From assembly GCA_965205025.1 (NCBI GenBank), contig CBDBFU010000026.1, positions 96,001 to 160,000 on the forward strand: DNA of 64,000 nt. Reading direction: 5' to 3'. Source of the stretch: Candidatus Poribacteria bacterium. GTDB taxonomy: Bacteria > Poribacteria > WGA-4E > WGA-3G. Under the pieces are notes generated by a model. It saw only the letters and a program-made list of their open reading frames with translations. It did no database searches and was not told where the DNA came from. A program made the translations under genes and the position numbers. Position 1 is the first letter of the stretch. Every line of letters starts with the position of its first letter. Below, piece after piece: positions 1 to 9,837 of this stretch.

Positions 1-228
1 GATGGCATGTAACCATCCAGCGAATAGATTTGGGTCTCTTAAGTTTGATAATTTATTGTACACTTGCAAGAAGGTATCCTGCGTGATTTCTTCAGCAATG
101 TGGTAATCACCAATTTCCCGCCATACAAGGGCATGAACGCTCTTTTGGTGTTTTTGGACTAAATCACCAAAAGCAGATCCATCACCTGCTAATATCTGTC
201 GAATCAATTGAATGTCGTCTATTTCCAT
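1..228 (-). CDS. 5' part of an ECF (sigma-70 family) sigma factor gene, paralog of 408..3155; runs off the window edge
   Basis: Manual translation from ATG 228: MEIDDIQLIRQILAGDGSAFGDLVQKHQKSVHALVWREIGDYHIAEEITQDTFLQVYNKLSNLRDPNLFAGWLHAI, closely similar to the sigma2 region of the 408..3155 product. Not in the ORF track. Confidence 0.9.
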   Translation of the reverse strand, partial: MEIDDIQLIRQILAGDGSAFGDLVQKHQKSVHALVWREIGDYHIAEEITQDTFLQVYNKLSNLRDPNLFAGWLHAI

Positions 229-253
229 TATTCTGCCTCATAAAACATGTGCT

Positions 254-295
254 TACAATTATTTAATGACGCGGATTTGAGACGGAAAGGTTGCA
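254..295 (-). promoter_or_regulatory. ECF-type promoter TGCAACC-N16-GCGTCA upstream of the edge ECF gene
   Basis: Minus strand TGCAACC TTTCCGTCTCAAATCC GCGTCA TTAAATAATTGTA. Same boxes and spacing recur at 3181..3221. AAC/CGTC cores are typical of ECF promoters. Confidence 0.7.
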
Positions 296-407
296 TGGTT
301 GTCACAAATTGAAAAACTCAATAAGTTGTAAAACCTATAATTTTGCTTCATTCGCGTTTTTTGCTTCAATTCTATGATCCATTCTTTCCGCCTTTAGGTA
401 AGTGACA

Positions 408-3155
408 TTAGGGATCTATCTCCCAGAGAAGTACAGTACCATCAAGACTACCGCTCCCAAGGGTTTTTCCATCCGCACTAAAAGCAATACTTCTGACCAA
501 ATCTGTGTGACCTGAAAATGTATTCTTCTGCTCACCAGTGTGTACATCAAAGAAACAGATGTTCTTACTTCTATCTCCACTCGCAAGCGTTTTACCATCT
601 GGACTGAACGCTAACGCATAACTGTGATGCCAATCCGATCCTGTGAGTGTCATCTTGTTCTCGCCAGTATCAACATCCCAAAAGCGGATGGTCGTGTCGT
701 CACTGCCACTCGTAAGTGTATTTCCATCTGGACTAAACGCTAAAGAGCTCACCCAATCATTATGTCCTTTAAGCGTCTTGTTTTTGTCAGTGTCAACATC
801 CCAAAGGCGGATGGTACCTGTGTAACTCGCACTCGCAAGCGTTTTACCATCTGGGCTAAACACTAAACAAGACAAGTGATTTGTATGTCCTTTAAGTGTT
901 TTCTTGCGTTTGCCTGTATGTACATCCCATAGGGATATAGTCTTCTCGTCGTCAACCATACTCGCAACTGTATTTCCATCTGGACTGAATGCTCTGAGTA
1001 TAGGGTTAAAGGGATCATTCATGTGAAACATTTTCTTGTGTTCGCCGGTGTGTACATTCCATAGGCGAATGCCATCGTCAGTTCCACAAGTAAGGGTTTT
1101 TCCATCAAGACCGAACAGCATACTGTATGCCGTATCCTTAAATCCATTGAGCGTTTTTAGCGTTTTGATATATTGCTCTGTGTCTGCATTCCACAAGCGA
1201 ACAATTCCATCGGTAGTCCCACTTGCAATAATGTTTCCATTCCGGTTAAACGCTACACTCATAACAGATTCCGAATGTCCAGTGAATTTATGTTTTTCGT
1301 TGCCTGTGTCTACATCCCAGAAACGGATAGTGCCATCTCCGCTTCCACTCGCAAGGGTTTTGCCATCAGGGCTGAACACCAAACCTTGAACATACTGCAT
1401 ATTTAGTGCAGACAGTGTTAACCTGTGTTCGCCGGAATTGGCATTCCATAGACAGATAATTTCACCGTCATAAGACGCAGTAGCGAATATTTTTCCATCT
1501 GGACTAAACGCTAAGTGATCAACATGTTTCCCATGTCCAGTGAGTGTCATCTTTAGTTCACCTGTTTCTAAGTCATAAAGGTAGATGGTTTCGTTGGCAC
1601 TGCCAATTGCAACTGTTTCCCCATCAGGACTGAACGCTGCGCCTGTAGTGGAGCAATCGGGATGTATATCAAACGTTTTCTTGTGTTCACCAGTGATTGA
1701 ATCCCACAGACTGATTTTGTTGTCCCAACTCACATTCACAATTGTCCCTCCGTCTGGCGTGAATGATAACATATTGGTATTGGTACGCTCCGGATTGGTC
1801 CGCTCCGAATCTTTCGTGAGTGTATACTTCGCCTCTCCGGTGATTGCATCCCATAATCGGATAGTACCGTCACGACTATCACTTGCAATCATTCTCCCAT
1901 CCGGACTGAATACCAAGTTTGAAATCAAAAATGTATGTCCGGTAAGCGTTTTTCGCGACCCTATACTTCTATCCCACAAGATAATGGTGCCGTAGTCACT
2001 TCCACCACTTGCGAGTATGCGTCCATCCGGACTAAACGCAAGGCAGTTGACTACACTCGTATGCTCTGTGAGCAGACTCACCTCTTGACGCGTTGTTGTG
2101 TCGTATAACCAGATACCAATACCACTCGCCACAGCAAGTATTGCTGCATCTGGAGAATACTGTATCTCATTTATCCTACCCTTACCGATACGCGCTTTAG
2201 CATTTTCAGGTAGGTTCCATTGCATAGTATCTTGTGTTAGGTTGTTTTCCACTGTTTCTGTTCCCTTTGTTAGACCGTTGTTCCTGTTTTTGCTTTGATT
2301 CGCACCACTAACCCGGTTATGCAATTCTGGTTTTGATTTTCGATTTACAACAACAGGCGCGTCAATAATTTCAATAATCGGTTCTGATTGTGCTTCAAGA
2401 CTATAAGACTGTTGAAAGCGCGCAATATATTGATGACTCGCGCCCATCAATAAGAGGACCAAAATAGCAGATGCCCCTAAAGCTGCTAACGGTAGCAACG
2501 GTTTACCTCCTGATGGAGATGTTTGTTTGATTGTGTCAATGCGCCGCATGATGCTTTCGGTTAAATCTGGTCGTAATGGGATACTGCCGAGTGTTTCCCG
2601 AATAATGTGTTCTTCGTTCTGTAAACGTTCTCGTGCACGTCTAAGCCGACTTTTAACTGTGTTTGGAGACACACCCAAAAACTTGCTAATTTCTGCACAG
2701 TTCATTTCTCCGAGATAGTGAAGGACCATTACTGTGCGTTCACTTTCCGGTAGTTTTTCCATGAGTTTTTGCACAATTTTACGTCGGTGTTCAACGGCTG
2801 TGTCTTCGCGCTGTTCACAGACATAATTTGAATAAGCAGCTTTTTCAAGTGTTTCTTCACTGGTCGCTTCAAGGGATTGTGTATATAGTTTCTTTTTACG
2901 AAACCATGCTTTGCAACACCGATCTGCGATTACATATAGCCACCCAGCAAACTGGTTCGGATTTTTCAGCGAGCCAAGTTTTTTGTATACCTGAAGAAAA
3001 GTGTCTTGTGTAATTTCTTCAGCAATGTGAAAATCACCGATTTTCCGCCACACAAGTGCATGAACACTTTTTTGATATTTCTTTACTAACTCGCTGAATG
3101 CAATTTCGTCCCCTGACAATACGCTGTGAATCAGTTCAACGTCGTCTCTTTCCAT
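408..3155 (-). CDS. ECF sigma factor fused via a hydrophobic helix to a large WD40 beta-propeller region
   Basis: Sigma2 (AEEITQDTF...FAGWL) and sigma4 (LPESERTV...EISKFLGVSPNTVKSRLRRAR); hydrophobic LLPLAALGASAILVLLLMGA; more than 12 WD40 repeats (AFSPDG..LASGS.DGTIRLWD). Confidence 0.93.
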   Translation of the reverse strand: MERDDVELIHSVLSGDEIAFSELVKKYQKSVHALVWRKIGDFHIAEEITQDTFLQVYKKLGSLKNPNQFAGWLYVIADRCCKAWFRKKKLYTQSLEATSEETLEKAAYSNYVCEQREDTAVEHRRKIVQKLMEKLPESERTVMVLHYLGEMNCAEISKFLGVSPNTVKSRLRRARERLQNEEHIIRETLGSIPLRPDLTESIMRRIDTIKQTSPSGGKPLLPLAALGASAILVLLLMGASHQYIARFQQSYSLEAQSEPIIEIIDAPVVVNRKSKPELHNRVSGANQSKNRNNGLTKGTETVENNLTQDTMQWNLPENAKARIGKGRINEIQYSPDAAILAVASGIGIWLYDTTTRQEVSLLTEHTSVVNCLAFSPDGRILASGGSDYGTIILWDRSIGSRKTLTGHTFLISNLVFSPDGRMIASDSRDGTIRLWDAITGEAKYTLTKDSERTNPERTNTNMLSFTPDGGTIVNVSWDNKISLWDSITGEHKKTFDIHPDCSTTGAAFSPDGETVAIGSANETIYLYDLETGELKMTLTGHGKHVDHLAFSPDGKIFATASYDGEIICLWNANSGEHRLTLSALNMQYVQGLVFSPDGKTLASGSGDGTIRFWDVDTGNEKHKFTGHSESVMSVAFNRNGNIIASGTTDGIVRLWNADTEQYIKTLKTLNGFKDTAYSMLFGLDGKTLTCGTDDGIRLWNVHTGEHKKMFHMNDPFNPILRAFSPDGNTVASMVDDEKTISLWDVHTGKRKKTLKGHTNHLSCLVFSPDGKTLASASYTGTIRLWDVDTDKNKTLKGHNDWVSSLAFSPDGNTLTSGSDDTTIRFWDVDTGENKMTLTGSDWHHSYALAFSPDGKTLASGDRSKNICFFDVHTGEQKNTFSGHTDLVRSIAFSADGKTLGSGSLDGTVLLWEIDP

Positions 3156-3180
3156 TTGAGACCTCCAAATTATTTAGGCA

Positions 3181-3221
3181 TACAATTATTGGTGACGCGT
3201 TTTTGCGGAAGGTGGGTTGCA
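3181..3221 (-). promoter_or_regulatory. ECF-type promoter TGCAACC-N16-GCGTCA upstream of 408..3155
   Basis: Minus strand TGCAACC CACCTTCCGCAAAAAC GCGTCA CCAATAATTGTA. Boxes identical to 254..295 while the spacer is unrelated. Confidence 0.7.
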
Positions 3222-3310
3222 AAAATGTCATAATTCAGAACAAAACTGACTTATTATTTCATTTCTAATTAAAAATGTTTCTTTTTTGTAGCACAATTGG
3301 AGATTGTCAG

Positions 3311-6058
3311 CTAAAACCCCACTTCCCACAACACAATCGTCCTATCTATACAGCCAGCAGACAACAGTTTGCCGTTCGGAGAAAAGGCAAGACTCACCAA
3401 CAAATCGCCATGACCACGCAAATCTGCGACCTGTTCACACGTCTCTACATCCCAGACACGGACAGCCAAATTTTCATAACCTTCCTCCCACGACGTCGCA
3501 CCTGCAATGAATCGACTACAAGGAGAGAACACAAGCGGAGTTGTACGCCAGTAATGCGGTTTCGGTTGCGAGATAGAACGCAACGATGTCAGCTTTTCAG
3601 CATCCCAAATGCGGATCTCAGTCCTCAACTCAGCAGCGATGAATTTACCACACGGGGAGTAAACAAGTCCAACAGGATCAATAGAATTGTCTATCTGCAA
3701 CCTATTGATTTCCTGACAAGACTCTAAATCCCACACACGCCGAGACTCATCCCGAGCATAACTTATCAGCCTTTGTCCATCTGGAGAAAACGTTGAAACA
3801 CCACTATCATCAGTATGTCCTTTTAGCACTAACGGATTTTCGGGATCGGCAATATTCCATACATAGATATTCCCCATCTCACACCCAACCGCAATCCGAT
3901 CCCCCATCGGTGAAAATTCGGGACCACAATTCCTATCATAGACTTCATCTGGCAAAGGGATTTTTGTGATAAGTTTATCGTGTGTCCGAACACGCCACGT
4001 TTTATGACGTTCCTCATGATGACAAAGTATAACCCGGATTTCACCTGAAGGCATTACAACAAAACCGCTTACAAAATTATAAAAATAGTGTGTGTTTTTA
4101 TGACGGACCTTATCAATATCAAAGAATTCTAATCCATCAAAAGAAAGTGCTACAAGGTTATGGTCGTCAAGCCAAGCAATCTCAGGTCCAGGATTATAAA
4201 ATCTGGGTTCATGTACCACATCAATCATAGGAACATCAGTTGTTGTATTGTCTTTACCCTTTTTATTGGTACGGCTTTCATCAGCAGGCAACGCAATCAA
4301 TTGGTTTGTGTATGCTTTCGCTATGTCGTAGGCAAACCAATAACCCCCAACACCCGAACAGACCTCAAGTGTTTTTTCGTTTGTCTCAACATTCCACACA
4401 TCCAAAGTATAGTTGGTAAATCCTGGTGCTTCGTCTGTTTTATTGGGGTATTCTATAGCGAATAGTTGTCCGGTGTTTGAATAGAATGGATCCTCCACAT
4501 TGGGAATTAGCTTCTGTACTGTACCTGTAGCGATCTCCCAAACCAGTAAAATTTCGTCAACTGATGCGATGTATTTTCCGCAAGGTGAAAAAGCGATTGA
4601 GTTTATCCAATTACTATGTTCCGTGAAGTAGGTAATTCGTTCACTGGTGGCAATATCCCACACAGCGACATCGCTATAAAGCAGTTCATCATCAATCAAT
4701 GTGCCATCAGTTGTTGCACCCGCGATAAGACGACTGTCCTGTGAAATCTCAAAGGTATTTCCTGCCAACTTTACAACTGGTTTGCCTGTCTCCGGATCCC
4801 AAACATAGATTTGTTCATCTTCGTCATCTGGATTCAAAACTTCATTGTCCTTTGAGTATTTCTTGTGATTCCTAACCAATGAAGCAAGCAACGATCCGTC
4901 TGGTGTAAAAGTAAGTCCCTCAATGTCATTCGTTTTCCACTTGTGTTCTCCACGATCCATCTGAGCAATCTGTTTTCCCGTGTGAATATCCAACACCCTG
5001 ACATGTCCTTCTTGATCAGCAACCGCCACCCATTTCCCATTGGACGAACAAGCAAGACCAGCATACGCATTCTGATCCTTGATTTCAAACACGGTTTCAC
5101 CCGTTTCTACCTCCAAAACCTTGACAGAGGGAGCTACAGTACTTAGGATAACCCACTTGCCATCTGGAGAAAAGTCGATATTAACGGCAAATCTTCCAAT
5201 GTGATCCCATAGAGAGATCGGTTTCATTGTAGCGACATCATACCACCACAGTCCGAATACAGTCGACATTGCAAAATATGACCCATTGGGAGAAAGTTTA
5301 ACACTTTTAGACTCCCCTTTACCGAACCGTGCGAACAACCCTTCAGGTGCTCCCCAACTTTCACCAGTCGGATCATTCGGATTAACATTAAAAATCGCAG
5401 GTATTCTGTTTTTTGACGTTTTACCTGTGTGAGTCTTTGTAGGTGTGTTTTTCGGTTGATCTATTTTTGATGTCATAGGTGCTCCTTTTATGACTTCCGC
5501 ATCAAATTCCTTTTGTAGAAGTGTTCGGATTTCCTTTAATTTGGTCTTAACAGTGCCAATAGGCAAATTACACTCGACAGCAATTTCTTTAATGTGCCAC
5601 GATTCTAAATAGAACAATTCAGCAACTGAACGTACCTTTTGTGGTAGATGATGTACCGCTTCTTTTATATCTGTCATCAACTGTTTTTCTCTATATTGTG
5701 CTGCAGCCTGTTGTTCCATCTGTTCAACAATCACAGAATGTTCATGTGGGATTTCATTTCGAGATTGTCTTGTTAATGTGTAATATCGTTTACATGCGTT
5801 ATGGGCGATACGATGTAGCCATGCCCCGAAACTCTCTATATTTCTAAGATGAACTATATTTTGCCATACAGCGACCCAGATGTCGGTGTGTATCTCTTCT
5901 GCGTCGAGTCTTTGTCTGGAATTGGAACCGACTACACCTTTTATCCGTGGTGTCCACCGTGTAATGAGTTCAGAAAATGCATCCTGATCTCTATTCTGAA
6001 CATGTCGTATCAATTCTTCATCTGTAAGATTACTCATAGCAACAATATTCTTCCGCAT
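3311..6058 (-). CDS. ECF sigma factor fused to WD40 repeats (divergent paralog, no obvious transmembrane helix)
   Basis: DAEEIHTDIW...FGAWLHRIAHN sigma2; LPQKVRSV...EIAVECNLPIGTVKTKL sigma4; multiple FSPxG/WD repeats. Start may be the Met at 6037. Confidence 0.9.
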   Translation of the reverse strand: MRKNIVAMSNLTDEELIRHVQNRDQDAFSELITRWTPRIKGVVGSNSRQRLDAEEIHTDIWVAVWQNIVHLRNIESFGAWLHRIAHNACKRYYTLTRQSRNEIPHEHSVIVEQMEQQAAAQYREKQLMTDIKEAVHHLPQKVRSVAELFYLESWHIKEIAVECNLPIGTVKTKLKEIRTLLQKEFDAEVIKGAPMTSKIDQPKNTPTKTHTGKTSKNRIPAIFNVNPNDPTGESWGAPEGLFARFGKGESKSVKLSPNGSYFAMSTVFGLWWYDVATMKPISLWDHIGRFAVNIDFSPDGKWVILSTVAPSVKVLEVETGETVFEIKDQNAYAGLACSSNGKWVAVADQEGHVRVLDIHTGKQIAQMDRGEHKWKTNDIEGLTFTPDGSLLASLVRNHKKYSKDNEVLNPDDEDEQIYVWDPETGKPVVKLAGNTFEISQDSRLIAGATTDGTLIDDELLYSDVAVWDIATSERITYFTEHSNWINSIAFSPCGKYIASVDEILLVWEIATGTVQKLIPNVEDPFYSNTGQLFAIEYPNKTDEAPGFTNYTLDVWNVETNEKTLEVCSGVGGYWFAYDIAKAYTNQLIALPADESRTNKKGKDNTTTDVPMIDVVHEPRFYNPGPEIAWLDDHNLVALSFDGLEFFDIDKVRHKNTHYFYNFVSGFVVMPSGEIRVILCHHEERHKTWRVRTHDKLITKIPLPDEVYDRNCGPEFSPMGDRIAVGCEMGNIYVWNIADPENPLVLKGHTDDSGVSTFSPDGQRLISYARDESRRVWDLESCQEINRLQIDNSIDPVGLVYSPCGKFIAAELRTEIRIWDAEKLTSLRSISQPKPHYWRTTPLVFSPCSRFIAGATSWEEGYENLAVRVWDVETCEQVADLRGHGDLLVSLAFSPNGKLLSAGCIDRTIVLWEVGF

Positions 6059-6090
6059 AACAACAACTATCCTGAATTAGTTTTAATATA

Positions 6091-6120
6091 TAGAGTATGA
6101 TATATGGGAAAAAGGTTTAA
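6091..6120 (-). promoter_or_regulatory. Possible variant ECF promoter TTAAACC-N16-TACTCT
   Basis: Same spacing and similar distance to the start as the two TGCAACC/GCGTCA promoters, but with different boxes. Confidence 0.35.
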
Positions 6121-6257
6121 AAATCTGTATGGGTAGGAAGGGATTTTGGGTTCTGTGTATTTCTGTCGATGATCTGTTTACCTTCATAGAAATGGTATCA
6201 GAGGAAAACCAAAGATGCATTTCGTTCACAAAGTTAATAATATATTAACGTATGTGA

Positions 6258-6340
6258 TTCACGGAGAATTGGTATCATTAAAATTATAAACCCCTATAGA
6301 ATAAGGGTTCGTAAAATTGCTCCGTGAAGGTTTCCGTGAA
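6258..6340. repeat. Short inverted-repeat-bounded element (MITE-like or hairpin)
   Basis: TTCACGGAG (6258-6266) pairs with CTCCGTGAA (6320-6328); second TCCGTGAA at 6333-6340; inner AACCCCTA/TAAGGGTT stem. Confidence 0.4.
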
Positions 6341-6455
6341 AGTACAATCATCTCAGAACAATAAATATTAACATTTTTTTCATTCACATTATCCATACAT
6401 CTAACATATAGTAAACTTTAGATTTATAGACACTTTACTTATATGAGCGCACTAC

Positions 6456-6482
6456 CGGTCGCGACCAGGAGATCGCTCCTAC
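6456..6482 (-). repeat. GTAG-type REP-like palindrome
   Basis: Minus strand GTAGGAGCGATCTCCTGGTCGCGACCG: GTAG head followed by a GC-rich imperfect palindrome, in AT-rich intergenic DNA. Confidence 0.5.
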
Positions 6483-6547
6483 AGAATATGAACAGTTGTG
6501 AAAGACAACAAAACTCTACCGTAACTAACACAAGTCTTTATATTATC

Positions 6548-7942
6548 TTAACTGTCACTATCCTTAAAGTCTTGACTCTGAAGTCCATAATTCTGCATCC
6601 GATGCTGGAGTTGACGACGTGAAATACCTAACAATTCTGCAGCCTTGGTCTGTGTGCCGTTCGTTTTTGCTAATGCCGCGCACACATATTCTTTAATAAT
6701 CTCTTCTAACGCAACACCACCTTCAGGTATACCAATTTCAAGCTCAGTTGTTGGTAGTGAAGTATCAATAATCTCAGGTGGAAGTTCATCTAAGTCAATT
6801 GAAGTGTTTTCAGAGAGGACAAAAATCCTGTGTAGGTAGTTTTCTAATTGACGGACATTACCAGGCCAATGAAAACGACATAGAGCAGACATAGCACGTT
6901 GTGTAACCTGTTTTGGTTCAGCATCCACATATTCATCGCTAAATTTCTGAATCAAATAATTTATGAGCAGAGGAATGTCTTCCACTCGTTCACGAAGGGG
7001 AGGAAGATGGAGTGGGATTACATTTAATCTGAAAAAGAGATCAGATCGAAATGTTTCTTCTTTTACTGCTTCCACGAGATTCTTATTCGTTGCAGCAATT
7101 ACACAGACATCCACTTTTATGTTCTGATTACCACCGATCCTACGTATCTCATGTTTTTCCAACACATGTAGAAGTGTACTTTGCATTTGAATTGAGATAT
7201 CACCTATTTCATCAAGAAAGAGTGTACCAGTATCTGCAATTTCAAAAATACCCTTTTTCTGTTGAATTGCGTCAGTAAATGCCCCTTTCTCATGACCAAA
7301 CAGTTCGCTCTCAATTAGCGTGTCAGGAATAGCACCACAATTAATCGAAACAAACGGTTTATCCTTTCTACCACCATGTTCGTGTAGTGCACGTGCCACA
7401 AGACTCTTACCACTCCCAGTTTCACCTGTAATCAGTACTTGTTTTACGCCTCGGTGAATTACACGGGACATATTCTTATAGAGTTGTTGCATTTTTTCAC
7501 ATTCACCAATGATATCCTCAAAATGTACCTCTGCTGAAACATCATCTGAATCCAATTCTCCTTCGGTTAATATACCACGGGTTTCTAATGCTCTATTTAC
7601 TTCGCGTTTTAACACATCAATTTCAATTGGTTTTTCAAGGTAATAGAATGCACCTTCATTAGCAACAAGATCAACAGCATCATTCAGTTCAGCGAATGCT
7701 GTGATGATTAATACAGGTAATGCAGGATCAACCTTCTTGATTTCTCGCAGTAAGTCACGTCCCTCAAAACGTGATGACATCCACATATCACTGATGACAA
7801 TGTCAAACATCTGTTCTTTTATCTTTTCAAGGGCAGTTTTACTCTCTTCAACTGTCTCGACATTATGCTCTTCACGTTGTAAGATACGCTGTAATATCCT
7901 AAGTTGATCTTGATCGTCGTCTACAATCAATATTGATGCCAT
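6548..7942 (-). CDS. Sigma54-dependent response regulator (NtrC/AtoC family)
   Basis: Receiver (ILIVDDD...ISDMWM), AAA+ GETGSGKS, ESELFGHEKGAFTDA, FLDEIG, WPGNVRQL, Fis-type HTH. Confidence 0.95.
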   Translation of the reverse strand: MASILIVDDDQDQLRILQRILQREEHNVETVEESKTALEKIKEQMFDIVISDMWMSSRFEGRDLLREIKKVDPALPVLIITAFAELNDAVDLVANEGAFYYLEKPIEIDVLKREVNRALETRGILTEGELDSDDVSAEVHFEDIIGECEKMQQLYKNMSRVIHRGVKQVLITGETGSGKSLVARALHEHGGRKDKPFVSINCGAIPDTLIESELFGHEKGAFTDAIQQKKGIFEIADTGTLFLDEIGDISIQMQSTLLHVLEKHEIRRIGGNQNIKVDVCVIAATNKNLVEAVKEETFRSDLFFRLNVIPLHLPPLRERVEDIPLLINYLIQKFSDEYVDAEPKQVTQRAMSALCRFHWPGNVRQLENYLHRIFVLSENTSIDLDELPPEIIDTSLPTTELEIGIPEGGVALEEIIKEYVCAALAKTNGTQTKAAELLGISRRQLQHRMQNYGLQSQDFKDSDS

Positions 7943-7990
7943 GGTATTATCTCCACTTATATATAATGAATGCCTTTATGCTTAATGTTT

Positions 7991-9835
7991 CTATTTCCCT
8001 GATTCCTCACTGTGCTCTACCATATCAGTATATTCAGGATCAATAGTTCTTTTTAAAGGTAGAAGTATTTTAAATGCTGTACCCATACCTACCTGACTTT
8101 TAACTTCTACCTTCCCTTTATGGGCAGATATAATTTGATGTGAAATCGATAGTCCAAGACCGACACCGCCATCTGTCTCTTTGGTCGTAAAATAAGCATC
8201 GTAAATACGCTCCTGATTCTCTTCGGGGATGCCAATACCCGTATCACGGATTTCAAGCACAGCGAATGGGATACCGCTGATTTCCTCTAAGGTTGTGGTG
8301 ATGTATATACTTCCACCTTTAGGTATTGCTTGTATACTATTCTGGATAAAGTTGAAGATTGTTTGTCGCATCAACATATCGTCTAATTGCATATCGGGGA
8401 GATCGGAATCGTAATTACTGATGATTTGAATTTTTGCTTCTTCTGCAATCAGTACAAATTCAGATATTACCGTGTCTAATAAGGTATTGAGATTTACAGA
8501 CTCCAATTTGAGTTTTTGGGGTCGGTTGAGCGTTAGAAATTGTTCGGACGTCTGTCTTAATTCACCAATTTTGTCATCCACAATATCCAAAAACTCCTTG
8601 GCTTCTTCAATATCTTCAGGACTAACATTAGGTTGTGAGAATATATTCTTTAAATGTTGTGCAGTCATTCCAATGGAATTTAGCGGATTACGGATTTCGT
8701 GTGCCACCCCTGCAGCAAATTGTCCAAGGGCAGCTATCCTTCTGGTATGTGAAGTTTTCAACTGAACAAACATCCGTACCAAATTTCGTGTTGCTTTCCC
8801 TATCTCATCTGAACCGTACCTACGATGATACATATTTGTAAGATCTCCGGATTCAGCTTTTTGTATAATATCTGTCATCCGTTCGAGCGGCTTCATAATC
8901 AGATGATTTGTCATAAGGTCAATTAGAACAACCAGTAAAACCCCAACAATTAAGATAAAGATCGCGTATGTTAACAACGAGGAACGGATAGATTCTTTTA
9001 TGTATGGCACATCGAAAAAAGCACGGATATAACCTGTATTTGAAGGTCCTATATGAATCCAGTATGTTTTATCTTTTAGCCATAGATGATATATATCATC
9101 ATTTTCTGAATCGGTAATTATCCATCTATTATTTTCAACATCAGTTTTTATAGTTGAATCTGGTGACGGAATTATCTCATTTGATATAAACATACCCCAT
9201 AATTCAGCTGAAAACTTACCATTATTTAGTGTTGTTTGTGCCTTTTGAAAATCAAACTCAGGTATTATTTCCTCAACAGTAAAATTCATATTGCTTGACA
9301 TAAGCATACGCCATACCTCAGGAGATAGTTCTTCCAAAGTCGACGGAGTATTTAGGTCTGATTGAGGAGGTATCAATTCTTTAGGTGGGATAGTGTATTT
9401 TGTGACGACAGTAATTACATTTTGTCCATCCATCGTATCTATTTTGGAACCAGCTCTCTCAATGTGTTCCATATCCTTTTCATCCAAGAAAAATGTTGCT
9501 TCCTCCTGTGTAAGTAAGCTTGATCGGACACCCTTATTTCCTAAAGTGACCTGTATGTTTAGAACATCCTTTATGGCAGGATCTTGTATAAGATTAAAGA
9601 GAAGTTGATCAATACGTTCAAGATTGAAGTTCTGAGAGGTGGTAATTTCTGAAACAACAGCATCGCGGATTCTATTCTCGACTACTTTTTTTAAAATTGT
9701 ACCTTGTTCTGCCCCGAATACATATTGCTCACCCATCTCCTTGCGTAACCGTATCGTATAAAAAAAGTAGAAAACAACGAGTACTGCAATAACAGTTAAG
9801 TTAATTATTAAGGAATACTTCCACTGCAACCGCAT
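7991..9835 (-). CDS. Membrane sensor histidine kinase (HAMP-HisKA-HATPase)
   Basis: Two hydrophobic segments, HAMP (PLERMT...DEIG), H-box GVAHEIRNPL, DTGIGI, GVGLGLSI. Confidence 0.95.
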   Translation of the reverse strand: MRLQWKYSLIINLTVIAVLVVFYFFYTIRLRKEMGEQYVFGAEQGTILKKVVENRIRDAVVSEITTSQNFNLERIDQLLFNLIQDPAIKDVLNIQVTLGNKGVRSSLLTQEEATFFLDEKDMEHIERAGSKIDTMDGQNVITVVTKYTIPPKELIPPQSDLNTPSTLEELSPEVWRMLMSSNMNFTVEEIIPEFDFQKAQTTLNNGKFSAELWGMFISNEIIPSPDSTIKTDVENNRWIITDSENDDIYHLWLKDKTYWIHIGPSNTGYIRAFFDVPYIKESIRSSLLTYAIFILIVGVLLVVLIDLMTNHLIMKPLERMTDIIQKAESGDLTNMYHRRYGSDEIGKATRNLVRMFVQLKTSHTRRIAALGQFAAGVAHEIRNPLNSIGMTAQHLKNIFSQPNVSPEDIEEAKEFLDIVDDKIGELRQTSEQFLTLNRPQKLKLESVNLNTLLDTVISEFVLIAEEAKIQIISNYDSDLPDMQLDDMLMRQTIFNFIQNSIQAIPKGGSIYITTTLEEISGIPFAVLEIRDTGIGIPEENQERIYDAYFTTKETDGGVGLGLSISHQIISAHKGKVEVKSQVGMGTAFKILLPLKRTIDPEYTDMVEHSEESGK

Positions 9836-9837
9836 TG

